The notes under the pieces are model-generated. The model was not told the origin of the DNA, did not search any database, and saw only the letters and a list, made by a program, of their open reading frames with translations. Shown here one piece after another: positions 8,668 through 19,740 of a stretch of 64,000 nucleotides of DNA (position 1 is its first letter; each line of letters opens with the position of its first letter). This DNA is from an uncultured Planctomycetota bacterium (lineage in GTDB: Bacteria > Planctomycetota > Planctomycetia > Isosphaerales > Isosphaeraceae): the NCBI GenBank assembly GCA_963737655.1, contig CAVTTN010000002.1:800001-864000 (forward strand). Reading direction: 5' to 3'. The position numbers were made by a program, and so were the translations under genes.

Positions 8668-8931
8668 TCACGGAGCAGAGAAGCCGTCCGCTTGGCAGAC
8701 ACGAGCGCCGGGTGCCACTGGTCGTACTCGACCAGTGTTCCAGTTCGACATCAGAACACTGGTCGAGTACGACCAGTGGCACCCAATAAGGCCGCCTCGC
8801 CAGTGCCACACGCCGATGGGTTGAACCACGGAAACTTCGATCGGATCGACCTCGGCTGACGGCCGGGCGGACCCGAAGAGCAGAGGCAGGAGCAGGAGAA
8901 AGAGCAGCGAAGAGGCACCGGCTTTCATCAC
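8668..8931 (-). CDS. Short putative secreted ORF running through the REPIN (possibly a disrupted gene)
   Basis: Signal-peptide-like MKAGASSLLFLLLLPLLFG with an AGAGGA RBS upstream; the C-terminal half is read through the repeat. Confidence 0.35.
   Translation of the reverse strand: MMKAGASSLLFLLLLPLLFGSARPSAEVDPIEVSVVQPIGVWHWRGGLIGCHWSYSTSVLMSNWNTGRVRPVAPGARVCQADGFSAP
8710..8784. repeat. REPIN-like inverted repeat (GGGTGCCACTGG family)
   Basis: Perfect 31-bp arms (8710-8740 / 8754-8784) with a 13-bp spacer; each arm contains the hairpin CACTGGTCG-TACT-CGACCAGTG. Confidence 0.9.
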
Positions 8932-8943
8932 GGGTGTCCTCTC

Positions 8944-9675
8944 TCAGGGTGCGATCGGCCCCGGGGCCGCCAGGAATTCGTTTCGGACCCACTCGCGAAT
9001 TCTCCGATCCCAGGCCGATTCCGAGATTCCGGCGCACATCGCCAGGGCCTCCAGGACGCGGGCGGGGGTGAGCATGGGGAGGCTTCGGCTTCGTTCCAGG
9101 GGGTCGTATGTCCCGCGATCGTTCAGGCCGACGAAGACCAGGGTCGGCCCCTTCGTGCGATATCTCCAGACCTCGGGGACGCCCAGCTTCGCGTAAATCG
9201 GCAGCTTCCCGGCCGAGCTCGCGCGATGATCGACCTCGATCCAGAGGTCCGGCGGGGGGTCGCCAGCGTCGAGGTCGAGCGTCTCCTTGCCAAGGATTGC
9301 CGCCTCGCTGGCGAGGTAGAAGCACTCATCAGGCTCCTTCCCCTGGCCCTTGCGAGGACCGTCTCCCGACTTGTGGAACGTCGTCGACCCCAGGCCCGAG
9401 CAGGGAATGGCCAGCTCGCACGTCACTGCATTGACGATCATCCCGATCCGCCGGGCCGGCGATTCATGCTGGGGGAGAGGCGACATGATCTCCAGGACCC
9501 CGTCATGATATGCCATTCGGAGGTGGAAATTGGAGGGATGCCGGACGAGCCGAACGTAGGTCGGGTAGCGGACCCCTCGGAGCGTCGCGACCCCGGAGCG
9601 ATCCCGCGCCGCCGACTTGCGGCTTCCGGGAGTCGCGGGCGATTTCTCCTCCGCCGTGGCCATTTCCGCCTCCAT
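8944..9675 (-). CDS. Uma2 (DUF820) family putative endonuclease
   Basis: YHDGVLEIMSP..HE, EPDECFY, PPPDLWIEVD, KLPIYAKLGVPEVWRY. Confidence 0.92.
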   Translation of the reverse strand: MEAEMATAEEKSPATPGSRKSAARDRSGVATLRGVRYPTYVRLVRHPSNFHLRMAYHDGVLEIMSPLPQHESPARRIGMIVNAVTCELAIPCSGLGSTTFHKSGDGPRKGQGKEPDECFYLASEAAILGKETLDLDAGDPPPDLWIEVDHRASSAGKLPIYAKLGVPEVWRYRTKGPTLVFVGLNDRGTYDPLERSRSLPMLTPARVLEALAMCAGISESAWDRRIREWVRNEFLAAPGPIAP

Positions 9676-9711
9676 CGACCGCGGTTCACGATCGGTTCGC
9701 CTCTCGCGGGA

Positions 9712-10146
9712 TCAGAGGTCGGAGACCTTCCATCGCCGCTCGCCCGTCTTCTTCGTGACGCTGGCCTTCTCGAACTTGCCGTCAAGAAAACTCGGTTGGA
9801 CGAGCGGCAATTCGCCGAAGGTCATCGCCGAATCCGGCCCCATTCGGAATTCCAACGAGAGATCATTGGACGTCTCGGCCGACTTATGGGAGCCGTTCCA
9901 GATCAGGGCGGTCGTCTCGAATCGGGCTTCCCGAAGCTTGGCGCATTCGGCCTCGGGGACGGCATACTCCACCTTCCCCGCGAGGAGGCGAATCGCCGTG
10001 ATCCGGGTGCCGGAGAATGAGAAGGTCGCGGTCTCTCCGGTCCCGAAGCCGACGGTCAGCGTGCGGAGAGGCTCCACGCGGTCCTTGTGGAGGATCATGG
10101 GTGGCGACGCGAGCACGAACAGGGCGAGCGCGATCAGGGATTTCAT
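9712..10146 (-). CDS. Hypothetical exported protein
   Basis: Signal peptide MKSLIALALFVLA; protein-like composition. Confidence 0.65.
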   Translation of the reverse strand: MKSLIALALFVLASPPMILHKDRVEPLRTLTVGFGTGETATFSFSGTRITAIRLLAGKVEYAVPEAECAKLREARFETTALIWNGSHKSAETSNDLSLEFRMGPDSAMTFGELPLVQPSFLDGKFEKASVTKKTGERRWKVSDL

Positions 10147-10260
10147 GGGGCACCTGTCCGTCAAGGGGACTCGGGGCGGCGCCGGCCTCTCAGGATTTCC
10201 GGGCACCGCGGATCGGCGACCGGCGCCACTCGCCGTCGCGTAGTCGGCTCGAATCACCTT

Positions 10261-10650
10261 TCAGTCCGCAGGGTGCGCGCTGATCGTGACATAATACCCG
10301 TCCGAATCTCGGAGCGAGAACTCCATCGTTCCCGTGTTCGGATTGACGTGGGGTCCCTCTTCGAGCCGGGGGACGAGGGCACGGGCCCTCGGCAGGGCCG
10401 CGTCGAAATCGTCCACCCGGAAAAACAGGAGGAGGCCGTTGCCAGGCTTCCCGTGCTCGGGGTCCATCAAGGAGGGATGCTCGTGGGCGCCCCACGCATG
10501 AAGGCAGAGCAAGACGGAGCCATCCGAGTCGAGGACTTGCCCGAAGTGGTCATGGGCGGGAGGCGTCGGCGGCTGGCCGAAGAGCGACTGATACCATCCG
10601 AGGCTGCCCGCCACGTCGCGAACCCCAACGATCGTCCAGATCCGCTTCAT
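10261..10650 (-). CDS. VOC/glyoxalase family protein
   Basis: 'VRDVAGSLGWYQSLFG', 'FRVDDFD', 'EFSLRDSDGYYV'. Confidence 0.88.
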   Translation of the reverse strand: MKRIWTIVGVRDVAGSLGWYQSLFGQPPTPPAHDHFGQVLDSDGSVLLCLHAWGAHEHPSLMDPEHGKPGNGLLLFFRVDDFDAALPRARALVPRLEEGPHVNPNTGTMEFSLRDSDGYYVTISAHPAD

Positions 10651-10785
10651 TCAGGGGGCCTCCTGCGGCCTGAAGGCCGCCGGCACGGGCAATTCCGTGT
10701 TTCTGGGTGCCTCCGATCTTACCCGACCGGTGCTCCGCGGGCAGCCCAAGCGGTCCCACCCGCCGTCAAACGATCGGAACCATTC

Positions 10786-11266
10786 TCAAGGGTTGTGAAT
10801 CCGTGCCTTGAGATCGACCAGATGATCGGGGAATCGGACGGCCTTTCCCCCAACGAGGTCGAACCACCCGCCGCTCCTCGGTTCATATCGGGCCAGGAGA
10901 ATTTGCACGTCGTAGGAAAGCATCCCTCGGTGGATCGCGAGGGGGCATGTCGTGCAGGGAGAACGCGATGAGGGCCATCACCTCGACCTGGATGGGACGG
11001 GATGGCGAGCCCGAATACGTCTTGTTCGCCAGTTGGTAACCGTAATCCTCGAAATTGAGGTCGCGATCGTTGACGAGACTGTGCCAGCTCCAGATCGTGA
11101 ATTCCATCCCGAACAGAACCCCGGAGAAGAGGGCCTCCGAGTCGTCCGGATCGGGTTGGAGCACGCAGCCGAGCCACCGGCCGATCTCGGAAGCCAGTCG
11201 CGGCAAGGCCAGGTCCGAGTTGAAGAAGTACTCGACCGAGACGCTCACTGCATCCTCCCCTTCCAT
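10786..11266 (-). CDS. Hypothetical protein with apparent 1-nt frameshift near 10941-10945
   Basis: Removing one base from the C5 run extends the ORF with '[48 protein letters not shown]'. Confidence 0.55.
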
Positions 11267-11272
11267 CGCCGA

Positions 11273-11968
11273 TCAAGCCATCGGCCCCGGGGGCGGGAGG
11301 AACGTCTCCCGGACCCATCCGCGGAGGGCCTTCGTCCACGTCATTTCCAGGACGTTTCGGCCCAGGGCCAGGCCCTCCCGGACGAGGGCCGGGCTGAGCA
11401 TCGGCAGGCTGAGGCTTCGGTCGATTTCCTGGTAACTCGTTCCGTCGTCGGCGAGGCGGCCGAACCAGAGGCGATCGGATCGGGGCCGGTATCGCCAGAG
11501 TTCGGGGACTTTGAGCGCCGCGTAGGTGGGGAGCTTCCCTCGGGAACTGGACCGATGGTCGATCTCGACCCAGAGGTCGGGCGGGGGGTCGAGGTTCAGG
11601 TCAATCTCGCCTTTTCCCTGAATTCGAGGGGCGTTCGCGAAGTAGAAGCATTCGTCCGGCTCCTTGCCGTGCCCCTTCTTGAGCGTCTCCTCGCCTCGGC
11701 GGAAGGTCGTCGATCGAAGGCCCTCGAACTCGATGTCGAGCTCCTCACAAACCACGGAAATCAACACTCCAACCCGTCTCGACGGTCGCTCATGGGCGGA
11801 ATGGGGGGACATGATCTCCAGGGTCCCGTCGTGATAGGTCATCCTCAGGTGATCATTGGCCGGTTTGTCCCGGAGCGCGACGTATTCGCCGAAGAGGACG
11901 TCCCGGAGGACGATCCCTGGCGAAATCCTGGACGTGGCCGCCCGCTCCCGGTCCGACGCGGTGGACAT
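11273..11968 (-). CDS. Uma2 (DUF820) family putative endonuclease
   Basis: [37 protein letters not shown]. Confidence 0.92.
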   Translation of the reverse strand: MSTASDRERAATSRISPGIVLRDVLFGEYVALRDKPANDHLRMTYHDGTLEIMSPHSAHERPSRRVGVLISVVCEELDIEFEGLRSTTFRRGEETLKKGHGKEPDECFYFANAPRIQGKGEIDLNLDPPPDLWVEIDHRSSSRGKLPTYAALKVPELWRYRPRSDRLWFGRLADDGTSYQEIDRSLSLPMLSPALVREGLALGRNVLEMTWTKALRGWVRETFLPPPGPMA

Positions 11969-11991
11969 GGCCGAAGCTCCCGCCGTCTCCG

Positions 11992-13742
<1,751 letters not shown>

Positions 13743-13860
13743 GGCGGGCGATTCTCCAGAGACGGTCGGGCGAGTCGGTCACCGGCGGTTCCCGTCGCGA
13801 GTGGGCTCCGAGCCGGGCGCCTCGGGTCGTCGCGAGGGATCGGGGAAGGTTCGCGTGAAG

Positions 13861-14640
13861 TTATGTAGGTTCGTTCGGGGTCGTCGGACGGGCGCGGGGG
13901 CCGCGATCGCGGGTCGGGCGACGGGTCGAGGGGGAGGCGGTCAAGCGGTCCCAGACGGGCCGGGCGGAGGCGGCCAGGGCGTCGAGATCGCCGGCGTTCT
14001 CGATCACGAAATCGGCCTTGCCGCGCTTCTCATCCAGCGGTTTTTGCGCCTTTTGCCGGGCCTCGACGGCCTCGGCCGACCAGCCCCGCGATTGCTGGAG
14101 CCGCTCCAGGCGGGCGGCCTCCGGGGCCTCGACGAAGAGGACGACGTCGCAGAGGTCGTCCCAGCGGGCCTCCAGCAGGATGGCGGCGTCCAGGACGACG
14201 GCCCGGGCCTGCCTCTTGCGGGCGGCCCGGCCGATCGCCTTCTGGAACGTGAGCCTCATCCGGGGGTGGAGGATGCTTTCCAGGACCTTGAGCAAGGCCG
14301 GCTCGGAGAAGACGATCTTGCCCAGTCGCTTGCGGTCGATCCTCGGGGCCTCGGGGTCGGAGAGGTCCAGGACCCCCTCGCCGAACCGGGCGACGACCTC
14401 ATCGCGGGCCGGCGTCTGGTCGAGCAGGGCGTGGCCGATGGCGTCGGCGTCCAGGACCTGGGCGCCCCATTCGGCGAACAGGGCGGCCAGGCGGCTCTTG
14501 CCGGCACCCATCCCGCCGATCAGGCCGATCACGGGGATCGGCCCGGCCTTCCACGGCCCTTTGGGGCGACGGGGGGGGGGTGAAGGCCGGGGGCGGCCGG
14601 ATCGTCGGCGTCGGGAGGGCTGGCCCACGGGGGTTCTCAT
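13861..14640 (-). CDS. coaE: Dephospho-CoA kinase
   Basis: IGLIGGMGAGKS P-loop, DADAIGH, IDRKRLGKIVF, LESILHP, DAAILLE, ADFVIEN. Confidence 0.93.
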   Translation of the reverse strand: MRTPVGQPSRRRRSGRPRPSPPPRRPKGPWKAGPIPVIGLIGGMGAGKSRLAALFAEWGAQVLDADAIGHALLDQTPARDEVVARFGEGVLDLSDPEAPRIDRKRLGKIVFSEPALLKVLESILHPRMRLTFQKAIGRAARKRQARAVVLDAAILLEARWDDLCDVVLFVEAPEAARLERLQQSRGWSAEAVEARQKAQKPLDEKRGKADFVIENAGDLDALAASARPVWDRLTASPSTRRPTRDRGPRARPTTPNEPT

Positions 14641-14876
14641 GACGGTCGATGCCGAAGGGGGCGGTAGCGCCGGGGCGGGGCCGGGCGCGGGATGGGGGAG
14701 GCGAAGGTGGACGGTCCCGAAAGGTGGTCGGAAGATTTGGATCGGGGGACGAGACGGGTCAGGGTCGGCGTGATGGACCGATCGCCGAGACCGCGCCGGC
14801 CGAGGGGGGCGGAAGCGTCCGGCGATCGAGGGCCGTCTGGGGATCGGGATGCGGAGGATCGAGGAGCCTCCGTCCT

Positions 14877-14905
14877 CTTATACTTCCGCGTCCAGGCGAA
14901 CGCAA
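14877..14905 (-). promoter_or_regulatory. sigma70-like promoter for coaE-rho
   Basis: TTGCGT (14905-14900), 17 bp, TATAAG (14882-14877). Confidence 0.6.
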
Positions 14906-14949
14906 TCGGAATGTCCGGCCGGCGGCTCGATTCCCGAGATTCTCCGCGA

Positions 14950-15672
14950 TTATCGCTCCGCCGGGGCCCCGGCGACCGGCGCCGAGGGTAGCGGGAGCTT
15001 GACCCCCGGGGCCCAGACGAATCGGCCGGCCAGCAGGCCCGAGGTGAAGGCGAGAACCAGGGCCACCAGGACCAGGAACGACCACAAGGTCACCACCGTC
15101 CGAGGCAAGACCAGGTCGCTCCGCCGGGCCGAGGGCTCACGGAGGGGCCGGGCCGCCGGCGCCGGGGCGATCGCCGGGACCTCCGCCCGGAGCGACGGCG
15201 CCTCGGTCGTGATCGGCGGGAACTCCACCGGGGCCGCGGCCGGGAGCTCCTCGGTCGCCGGCTCCGGTCGAGGACGGGGCGGCGGACGATGCCTCTCCGG
15301 CTCGGACCGCAGCGAGAGCGGCTCGATCGCGATCTTCGGAAACGCCAACTCGGCCTCGGGTTCGGGTTCGGGATCGGGCGCGGCGTCCCAGAGCACCACC
15401 CCGGGCTCGACCTTCGACGCCGAGGCCGGACGCGACGAAGCCATCGGCGACGGCGACGGCGACGGCGAGGACGACGGCGACGGCGAGGACGACGGCGACG
15501 GCGAGGACGACGGCGACGGCTCCGAGCCGGCCGGCGGTTCCGAACCCTCGGGCACGAGCAGCTCGGCCGCGCAATGCGGGCATTCGACCGTCGCCCCCGC
15601 CTTGGACCGGGACACGCCCAGCAGTTTCTGGCACTGAAAACAGCGGAATTTGATCGGTGGGGACACGGCCAT
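14950..15672 (-). CDS. Zn-ribbon/Pro-rich/single-TM membrane protein
   Basis: IKFRCFQCQKLL..VECPHC Zn ribbon, Ser/Pro linker, C-terminal hydrophobic helix. Confidence 0.8.
   Translation of the reverse strand: MAVSPPIKFRCFQCQKLLGVSRSKAGATVECPHCAAELLVPEGSEPPAGSEPSPSSSPSPSSSPSPSSSPSPSPSPMASSRPASASKVEPGVVLWDAAPDPEPEPEAELAFPKIAIEPLSLRSEPERHRPPPRPRPEPATEELPAAAPVEFPPITTEAPSLRAEVPAIAPAPAARPLREPSARRSDLVLPRTVVTLWSFLVLVALVLAFTSGLLAGRFVWAPGVKLPLPSAPVAGAPAER
15445..15520. repeat. Coding tandem repeat (18-bp CGGCGACGGCGAGGACGA x3; SPSSSP)
   Basis: Seen directly in the sequence. Confidence 0.8.
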
Positions 15673-15912
15673 CGGCAAGGGCTCCGGGATTCCGTCCTAA
15701 AGTAAGGCCCAATCGCCCCGGCCGCCAGCCCCGGAGGGCCGATCCGCTCCCGGCCTCCGCGTCCAGACGCTTGACCCGGCCCTCCGGCGCGGCACAATGG
15801 CGGTTGCGAACCGGATGCGCCCCGCCGGACCCTCCCGCCCGGCCCTCCCCCTCGGCGTCGATCGGGGCGAGACCCGGCCCCTCCGAACCGTTCCGCGTAG
15901 GGACACCCCAGA

Positions 15913-18216
15913 ATGATCCATCGACGCAAGGCCCTCGCCTCGCTCGTCTTCCCGGCCTCCCTGGTCGTGGCGGGCCTCGCGATGGCCGACACCGTCACGC
16001 TCAAGACCGGCGTGGTCTATCGCGGTGAGGTCGACAAGGACAACACCATCGTCTCGGTCTTCGACCCCGACGGCCTCAAGCGGGTGATTTTTCGAGACAG
16101 CAAGATCGCCCGGACCGACCCCGAGACCGGCAAACGGGCCGTCGAGCACTTCGCCATCGAGCAACCCCTGGTCGTCCACGCCGGGGAGATGCCCTCCGCC
16201 GCCGTCGCCGTGAAGGCCGGGCCCTGGGACAAGACCGGACGACGCACCTTCCGCTACGTCGGGCCTCGCGGCGGACGACCCGTCGAGATGACCCAGGCGA
16301 TCATCGACCTCGGCCCTCGGGTCTGCAAGATCCGGGGCGTCGACGGCTTCTGGGTCAGCCAGGTCTCCACCAGCCAGGTCCCCCGGTCCGTCGTCCTCGA
16401 CATCCTCGCCAAGGTCGATCAGAAGAACCTCAACGAACGCCTCCGGGTGATCCGCTTCCTCGTCGAGGCCGAGTGGAACGCCGAGGCCCGCGTCGAGGTC
16501 GAGCGGCTCAAGAAGGACTTCAAGGCCGATCCCGACGTCCGCGAGAAGGCCGAGAACGCGCTGCGGCTGATCCGCGAGTCCGAGGCCCTCCAGGCCATGA
16601 CCGACACCGAGACCCGCACCCGGGCCCAGCAGCCCCGGGCCGCCTACGCTCGACTCAAGTCCTTTCCCAGCGAGGGAGTTCCGCCCGCGCTGATCGTCCA
16701 GTCCCGAGACGCCCTCCGCAAGCTCGACGCCCTGAAGGCCGCCGACAAGGCCCTGACCGACGCCCTCGCCTCCGCGATGGCCGACATCCCCCAGGGCCGC
16801 AAGCTCGAAATCCTCGCCGCCATGACCGACGCCCCCGACGCCGTCCGCGACCGCTTCTCCGCCTTCGAGAAAGGCCGCGCCGAAGGCTCCGCCAAGCCCG
16901 AGGCCCTCGCCGCCCTCGCCCTCTCCGGCTGGGTCGCCGGGACCGAGTTCGCCACCACCTCGCCCGCCGACGCCGACGCCCTCTGGACCGCCCGCGACCT
17001 CCTCCGCGACTACCTCTCCAGCCGAGAATCCGACGAGGCCCTCCGGGGCGACCGACTCGTCAAGCTCGCCGACCTCCAGCTCGCCGGCAAGCCGATCGGC
17101 CTGGACGCCCTGACCGCCGTCGTCCGCCAGATGCCCCCTCCTCTCAAGGACGCCCAGGACCTCCCCGCCGCCGGCAAGCCCAGCCTCCTCCGGGTCCGAG
17201 ACGACCCCAACCCCGACCAGCCCACCGAGTACGCCGTGATCCTCCCCCCCGAGTACCACCCCCTCCGCTCCTACCCCGCCGTGATCGCCCTCCACGGCGA
17301 CGAGACGCCCGTCGAGGCCCTCGCCTGGTGGGCCGCCGAGGCCTCCCAGCGCGGCTATCTCGTGATCGCCCCCGAGTACAACCTCCGCGACCAGAAACGC
17401 GACTACCGTTACACCCCCAGCGAGCACGCCGCCGTCGAGCTCGCCCTCCGAGACGCCCGGAGGCGCTTCGCCATCGACCCCGACCGCGTCTTCCTCGGCG
17501 GTCAGGGCTTCGGCGGCGACATGGCCTGGGATTTCGGCCTCGCCCACCCCGACCTCTTCGCCGGGGTCGTCGCCGTCTCCGGCCTGCCTGCCAAGTACGT
17601 CTGGGCCGACAAGGCCAACGCCGCCAAGGTGCCGTTTTTCATCGTCATGGGCGACCTCTCCCCGGCCGAGTCCGACATCTTCTTCGCGTCCCTCGCCCGA
17701 CCCCTGATCACCAAGAATCTCGACGTCACCTACGTCGAATACTACCGGAGGGGCCGCGAGGAGTTCCCCGAGGAAGCCCCCCAGGCGTTCGACTGGATGG
17801 CCCCCCGCCGTCGCGAGCCCACCCCCAAGAGCTTCGAGGTCGTCACCGGCCGCGAATGCGACGATCGCTTCTACGGGGTCGTGATCCGCGAGTTCGTCCC
17901 CGGCCGGACCAAGGACCCGGCGGGCGTCGAACCCCTCGGCAAGAACCTCAAGCCGGCCACCCTCGAGCTCAAGTCCAGCAGCCTGGCCAACTTGCTGAAC
18001 ATCACCACCAGCGGCCTCAAGGCGGTGGACGTCTGGGTCAGCCCCAAGCTCATCGACTTCAACAAGAAGATGGAAGTTCGCATCAACAACAAAACCGCCT
18101 TCAAGGGCATGCCCAAGGCCGACACCGAAGCCTTCCTCGAAGACCTCCGCCTCCGGGGCGACCGCTCCCAGACCTACTGGATGAGGGTCCAGGCCGGGAT
18201 CGGCGCCCGAAACTGA
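15913..18216 (+). CDS. Large secreted protein with C-terminal alpha/beta-hydrolase-like (esterase/peptidase) domain
   Basis: Signal peptide plus 'DTVTLKTG'; PAVIALHG, GYLVIAP, IDPDRVFLGG..GG..AW..HPDLFAG. Confidence 0.8.
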   Translation: MIHRRKALASLVFPASLVVAGLAMADTVTLKTGVVYRGEVDKDNTIVSVFDPDGLKRVIFRDSKIARTDPETGKRAVEHFAIEQPLVVHAGEMPSAAVAVKAGPWDKTGRRTFRYVGPRGGRPVEMTQAIIDLGPRVCKIRGVDGFWVSQVSTSQVPRSVVLDILAKVDQKNLNERLRVIRFLVEAEWNAEARVEVERLKKDFKADPDVREKAENALRLIRESEALQAMTDTETRTRAQQPRAAYARLKSFPSEGVPPALIVQSRDALRKLDALKAADKALTDALASAMADIPQGRKLEILAAMTDAPDAVRDRFSAFEKGRAEGSAKPEALAALALSGWVAGTEFATTSPADADALWTARDLLRDYLSSRESDEALRGDRLVKLADLQLAGKPIGLDALTAVVRQMPPPLKDAQDLPAAGKPSLLRVRDDPNPDQPTEYAVILPPEYHPLRSYPAVIALHGDETPVEALAWWAAEASQRGYLVIAPEYNLRDQKRDYRYTPSEHAAVELALRDARRRFAIDPDRVFLGGQGFGGDMAWDFGLAHPDLFAGVVAVSGLPAKYVWADKANAAKVPFFIVMGDLSPAESDIFFASLARPLITKNLDVTYVEYYRRGREEFPEEAPQAFDWMAPRRREPTPKSFEVVTGRECDDRFYGVVIREFVPGRTKDPAGVEPLGKNLKPATLELKSSSLANLLNITTSGLKAVDVWVSPKLIDFNKKMEVRINNKTAFKGMPKADTEAFLEDLRLRGDRSQTYWMRVQAGIGARN

Positions 18217-19122
18217 ACCCCGGCGGAGGGCCGGCCTCCGACGTGTTGAGGGCCGATTGCGACCACGGTGCTTCGCAGGGCAGGCCCCGGCCTGCCGATT
18301 CGCGGGGACGAAAGGCCAGGGCCCGCCCGACGTGGGCGCGATCCGAGGGCGATCCGCCGGAGACACGGACCAGGCCCCGGCCCGCCATCTCCACACGAGG
18401 GCCAATCGGCTAGCCCGACCAACCAGGAGGTCAACCCGGCCCCCGAGCCGAGGGCCCGTCTCAACCCGTCCCCACCCATCACGGCCCACCTCCGAATCGG
18501 GAATCGAACCCACCCCCAACGACGCCACCCCTTCCATCCCAACCATCGAGAGACCACCCCTCCACCGATCACCCAATCCCCGATCACCCCGTCGCCGTCT
18601 CCCGAACGACCCCCCACGCACACTCCCCGAGCGATCCACGTTTCCCGGAAAAAATCGACGGGAAGACCCCAAAATTCAATCGACGTAAGCCATTCCAAGA
18701 TTAGGCTTTACGCGCCGAATCTCAAAAAATTCTCAGATCAAGAACCATGGCCTGGCAATAGTGACTGTGCGCCCGAAAACCCTATGAAAAAAGCCGTTTG
18801 GCGCGTTTTTCGGGAAAAAGTGTCGTCAACTTCCGACAAATCCGCAATTGCGATTTCCTATAAAGCATAAAATTTGATCAATTGCATAATCTGCGTGGAA
18901 TCCAAACCCAGAAATCTCAAAACCTCGGCAATTCCCCGCGTTCAAGCCGCCCGCAATCCCCGCCCCACCCGATTCTCTCCAGCGGATTTCCCGGAAACCC
19001 CAGATCCCCCAAAATCGCAGGCCCCGGGACCCGCCGAATGATCCCTCAAGGATTGAGCATCGTGTGACTTTGGCTACCAATATGCAAACGCGTACATAAT
19101 ACATCGAATTGCGGCCCTTGGA

Positions 19123-19186
19123 GGGTCCGCTCTTGCGGACCTCTTCGATGTCCCTTCGTCGCGAAGAGGTCCGCAAGAGCGGACCC
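19123..19186. repeat. REPIN-like inverted repeat (GGGTCCGC..GCGGACC family)
   Basis: Perfect 25-bp arms at 19123-19147 and 19162-19186, each with an internal GGTCCGC/GCGGACC hairpin. Confidence 0.9.
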
Positions 19187-19303
19187 GACAAAAACCGCGC
19201 TCGACCACGCCAAGCACGTAAAAATGCACGCATATCGCCCGCCATCTCTTCCGGACACCGCGACTCATGAAGGAGGCCGCAAGGCAGAGAGGGGGCACGG
19301 CAG

Positions 19304-19584
19304 AAAAGGGGACATTCTTGCCCTGTAGAAAACCCCGGTGAGAATGAGGAAACGAGTAGGTCCGACTTCAGTCGGGCCTGCGAAAAAAGGGGTTTGGCTC
19401 ATGAGTCCGGATTGGTGGTCACGTCGGATTTCCCTCGTTCCCGCGCGGAGCGTGGGAACGAGTCGTTGAGCAAGCACCAATCTGGGATCATGAGCCAAGG
19501 GGTTTTCGCAGGCCCGACTGAAGTCGGACCTACTGGTATCGATGCTTCGAACGGGTTTTCTACGGAGCAAGATCGTCCCCTTTT
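19304..19584. mobile_element. Nested composite: RAYT-end repeats > MITE A > GTAG REPIN > MITE B > CGTTC-type REP
   Basis: Outer AAAAGGGGACATTCT / AGATCGTCCCCTTTT; TGCCCTGTAGAAAACCC / GGGTTTTCTACGGAGCA; perfect 32-bp arms 19355-19386 / 19503-19534; inner element 19396-19496; core hairpin 19434-19462. Confidence 0.8.
19396..19496. mobile_element. 101-bp MITE-like element with 22-bp TIRs and 9-bp target duplication
   Basis: TIR GGCTCATGAGTCCGGATTGGTG / CACCAATCTGGGATCATGAGCC (19/22); direct repeat AAGGGGTTT at 19387-19395 and 19497-19505; absent from the homologous spacer at 4681-4700. Confidence 0.8.
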
Positions 19585-19589
19585 CCGCA

Positions 19590-19718
19590 GCGAACGTGTA
19601 CCGCCCGGATGGTTCGGTGACTCGATACGACCTGAGTTCTGATGCGGCGAGACCTCGGCTCCGTACCGTCTTGCAAGCCTATCAGAAGAATCGGCCCATG
19701 CCGATCGAAGGGCCGTAG
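19590..19718 (+). pseudogene. 3' remnant of a (cassette) gene, truncated by the nested element
   Basis: Frame 'NVYRPDGSVTRYDLSSDAARPRLRTVLQAYQKNRPMPIEGP*' stops 22 nt before the attC; no start codon of its own. Confidence 0.45.
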
Positions 19719-19740
19719 TATCTGATCGTCTGCGGACGCC

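Noticed and set aside
18853..18890. dif-like site (ATTTCCTATAA.. / GCATAAT)
   Set aside because: Only one arm resembles a XerC site; there is no TTATGT-type XerD arm at the correct spacing.
18650..19110. Replication origin
   Set aside because: AT-rich, but I saw no cluster of TTATCCACA-like DnaA boxes and there are no dnaA/dnaN genes nearby.
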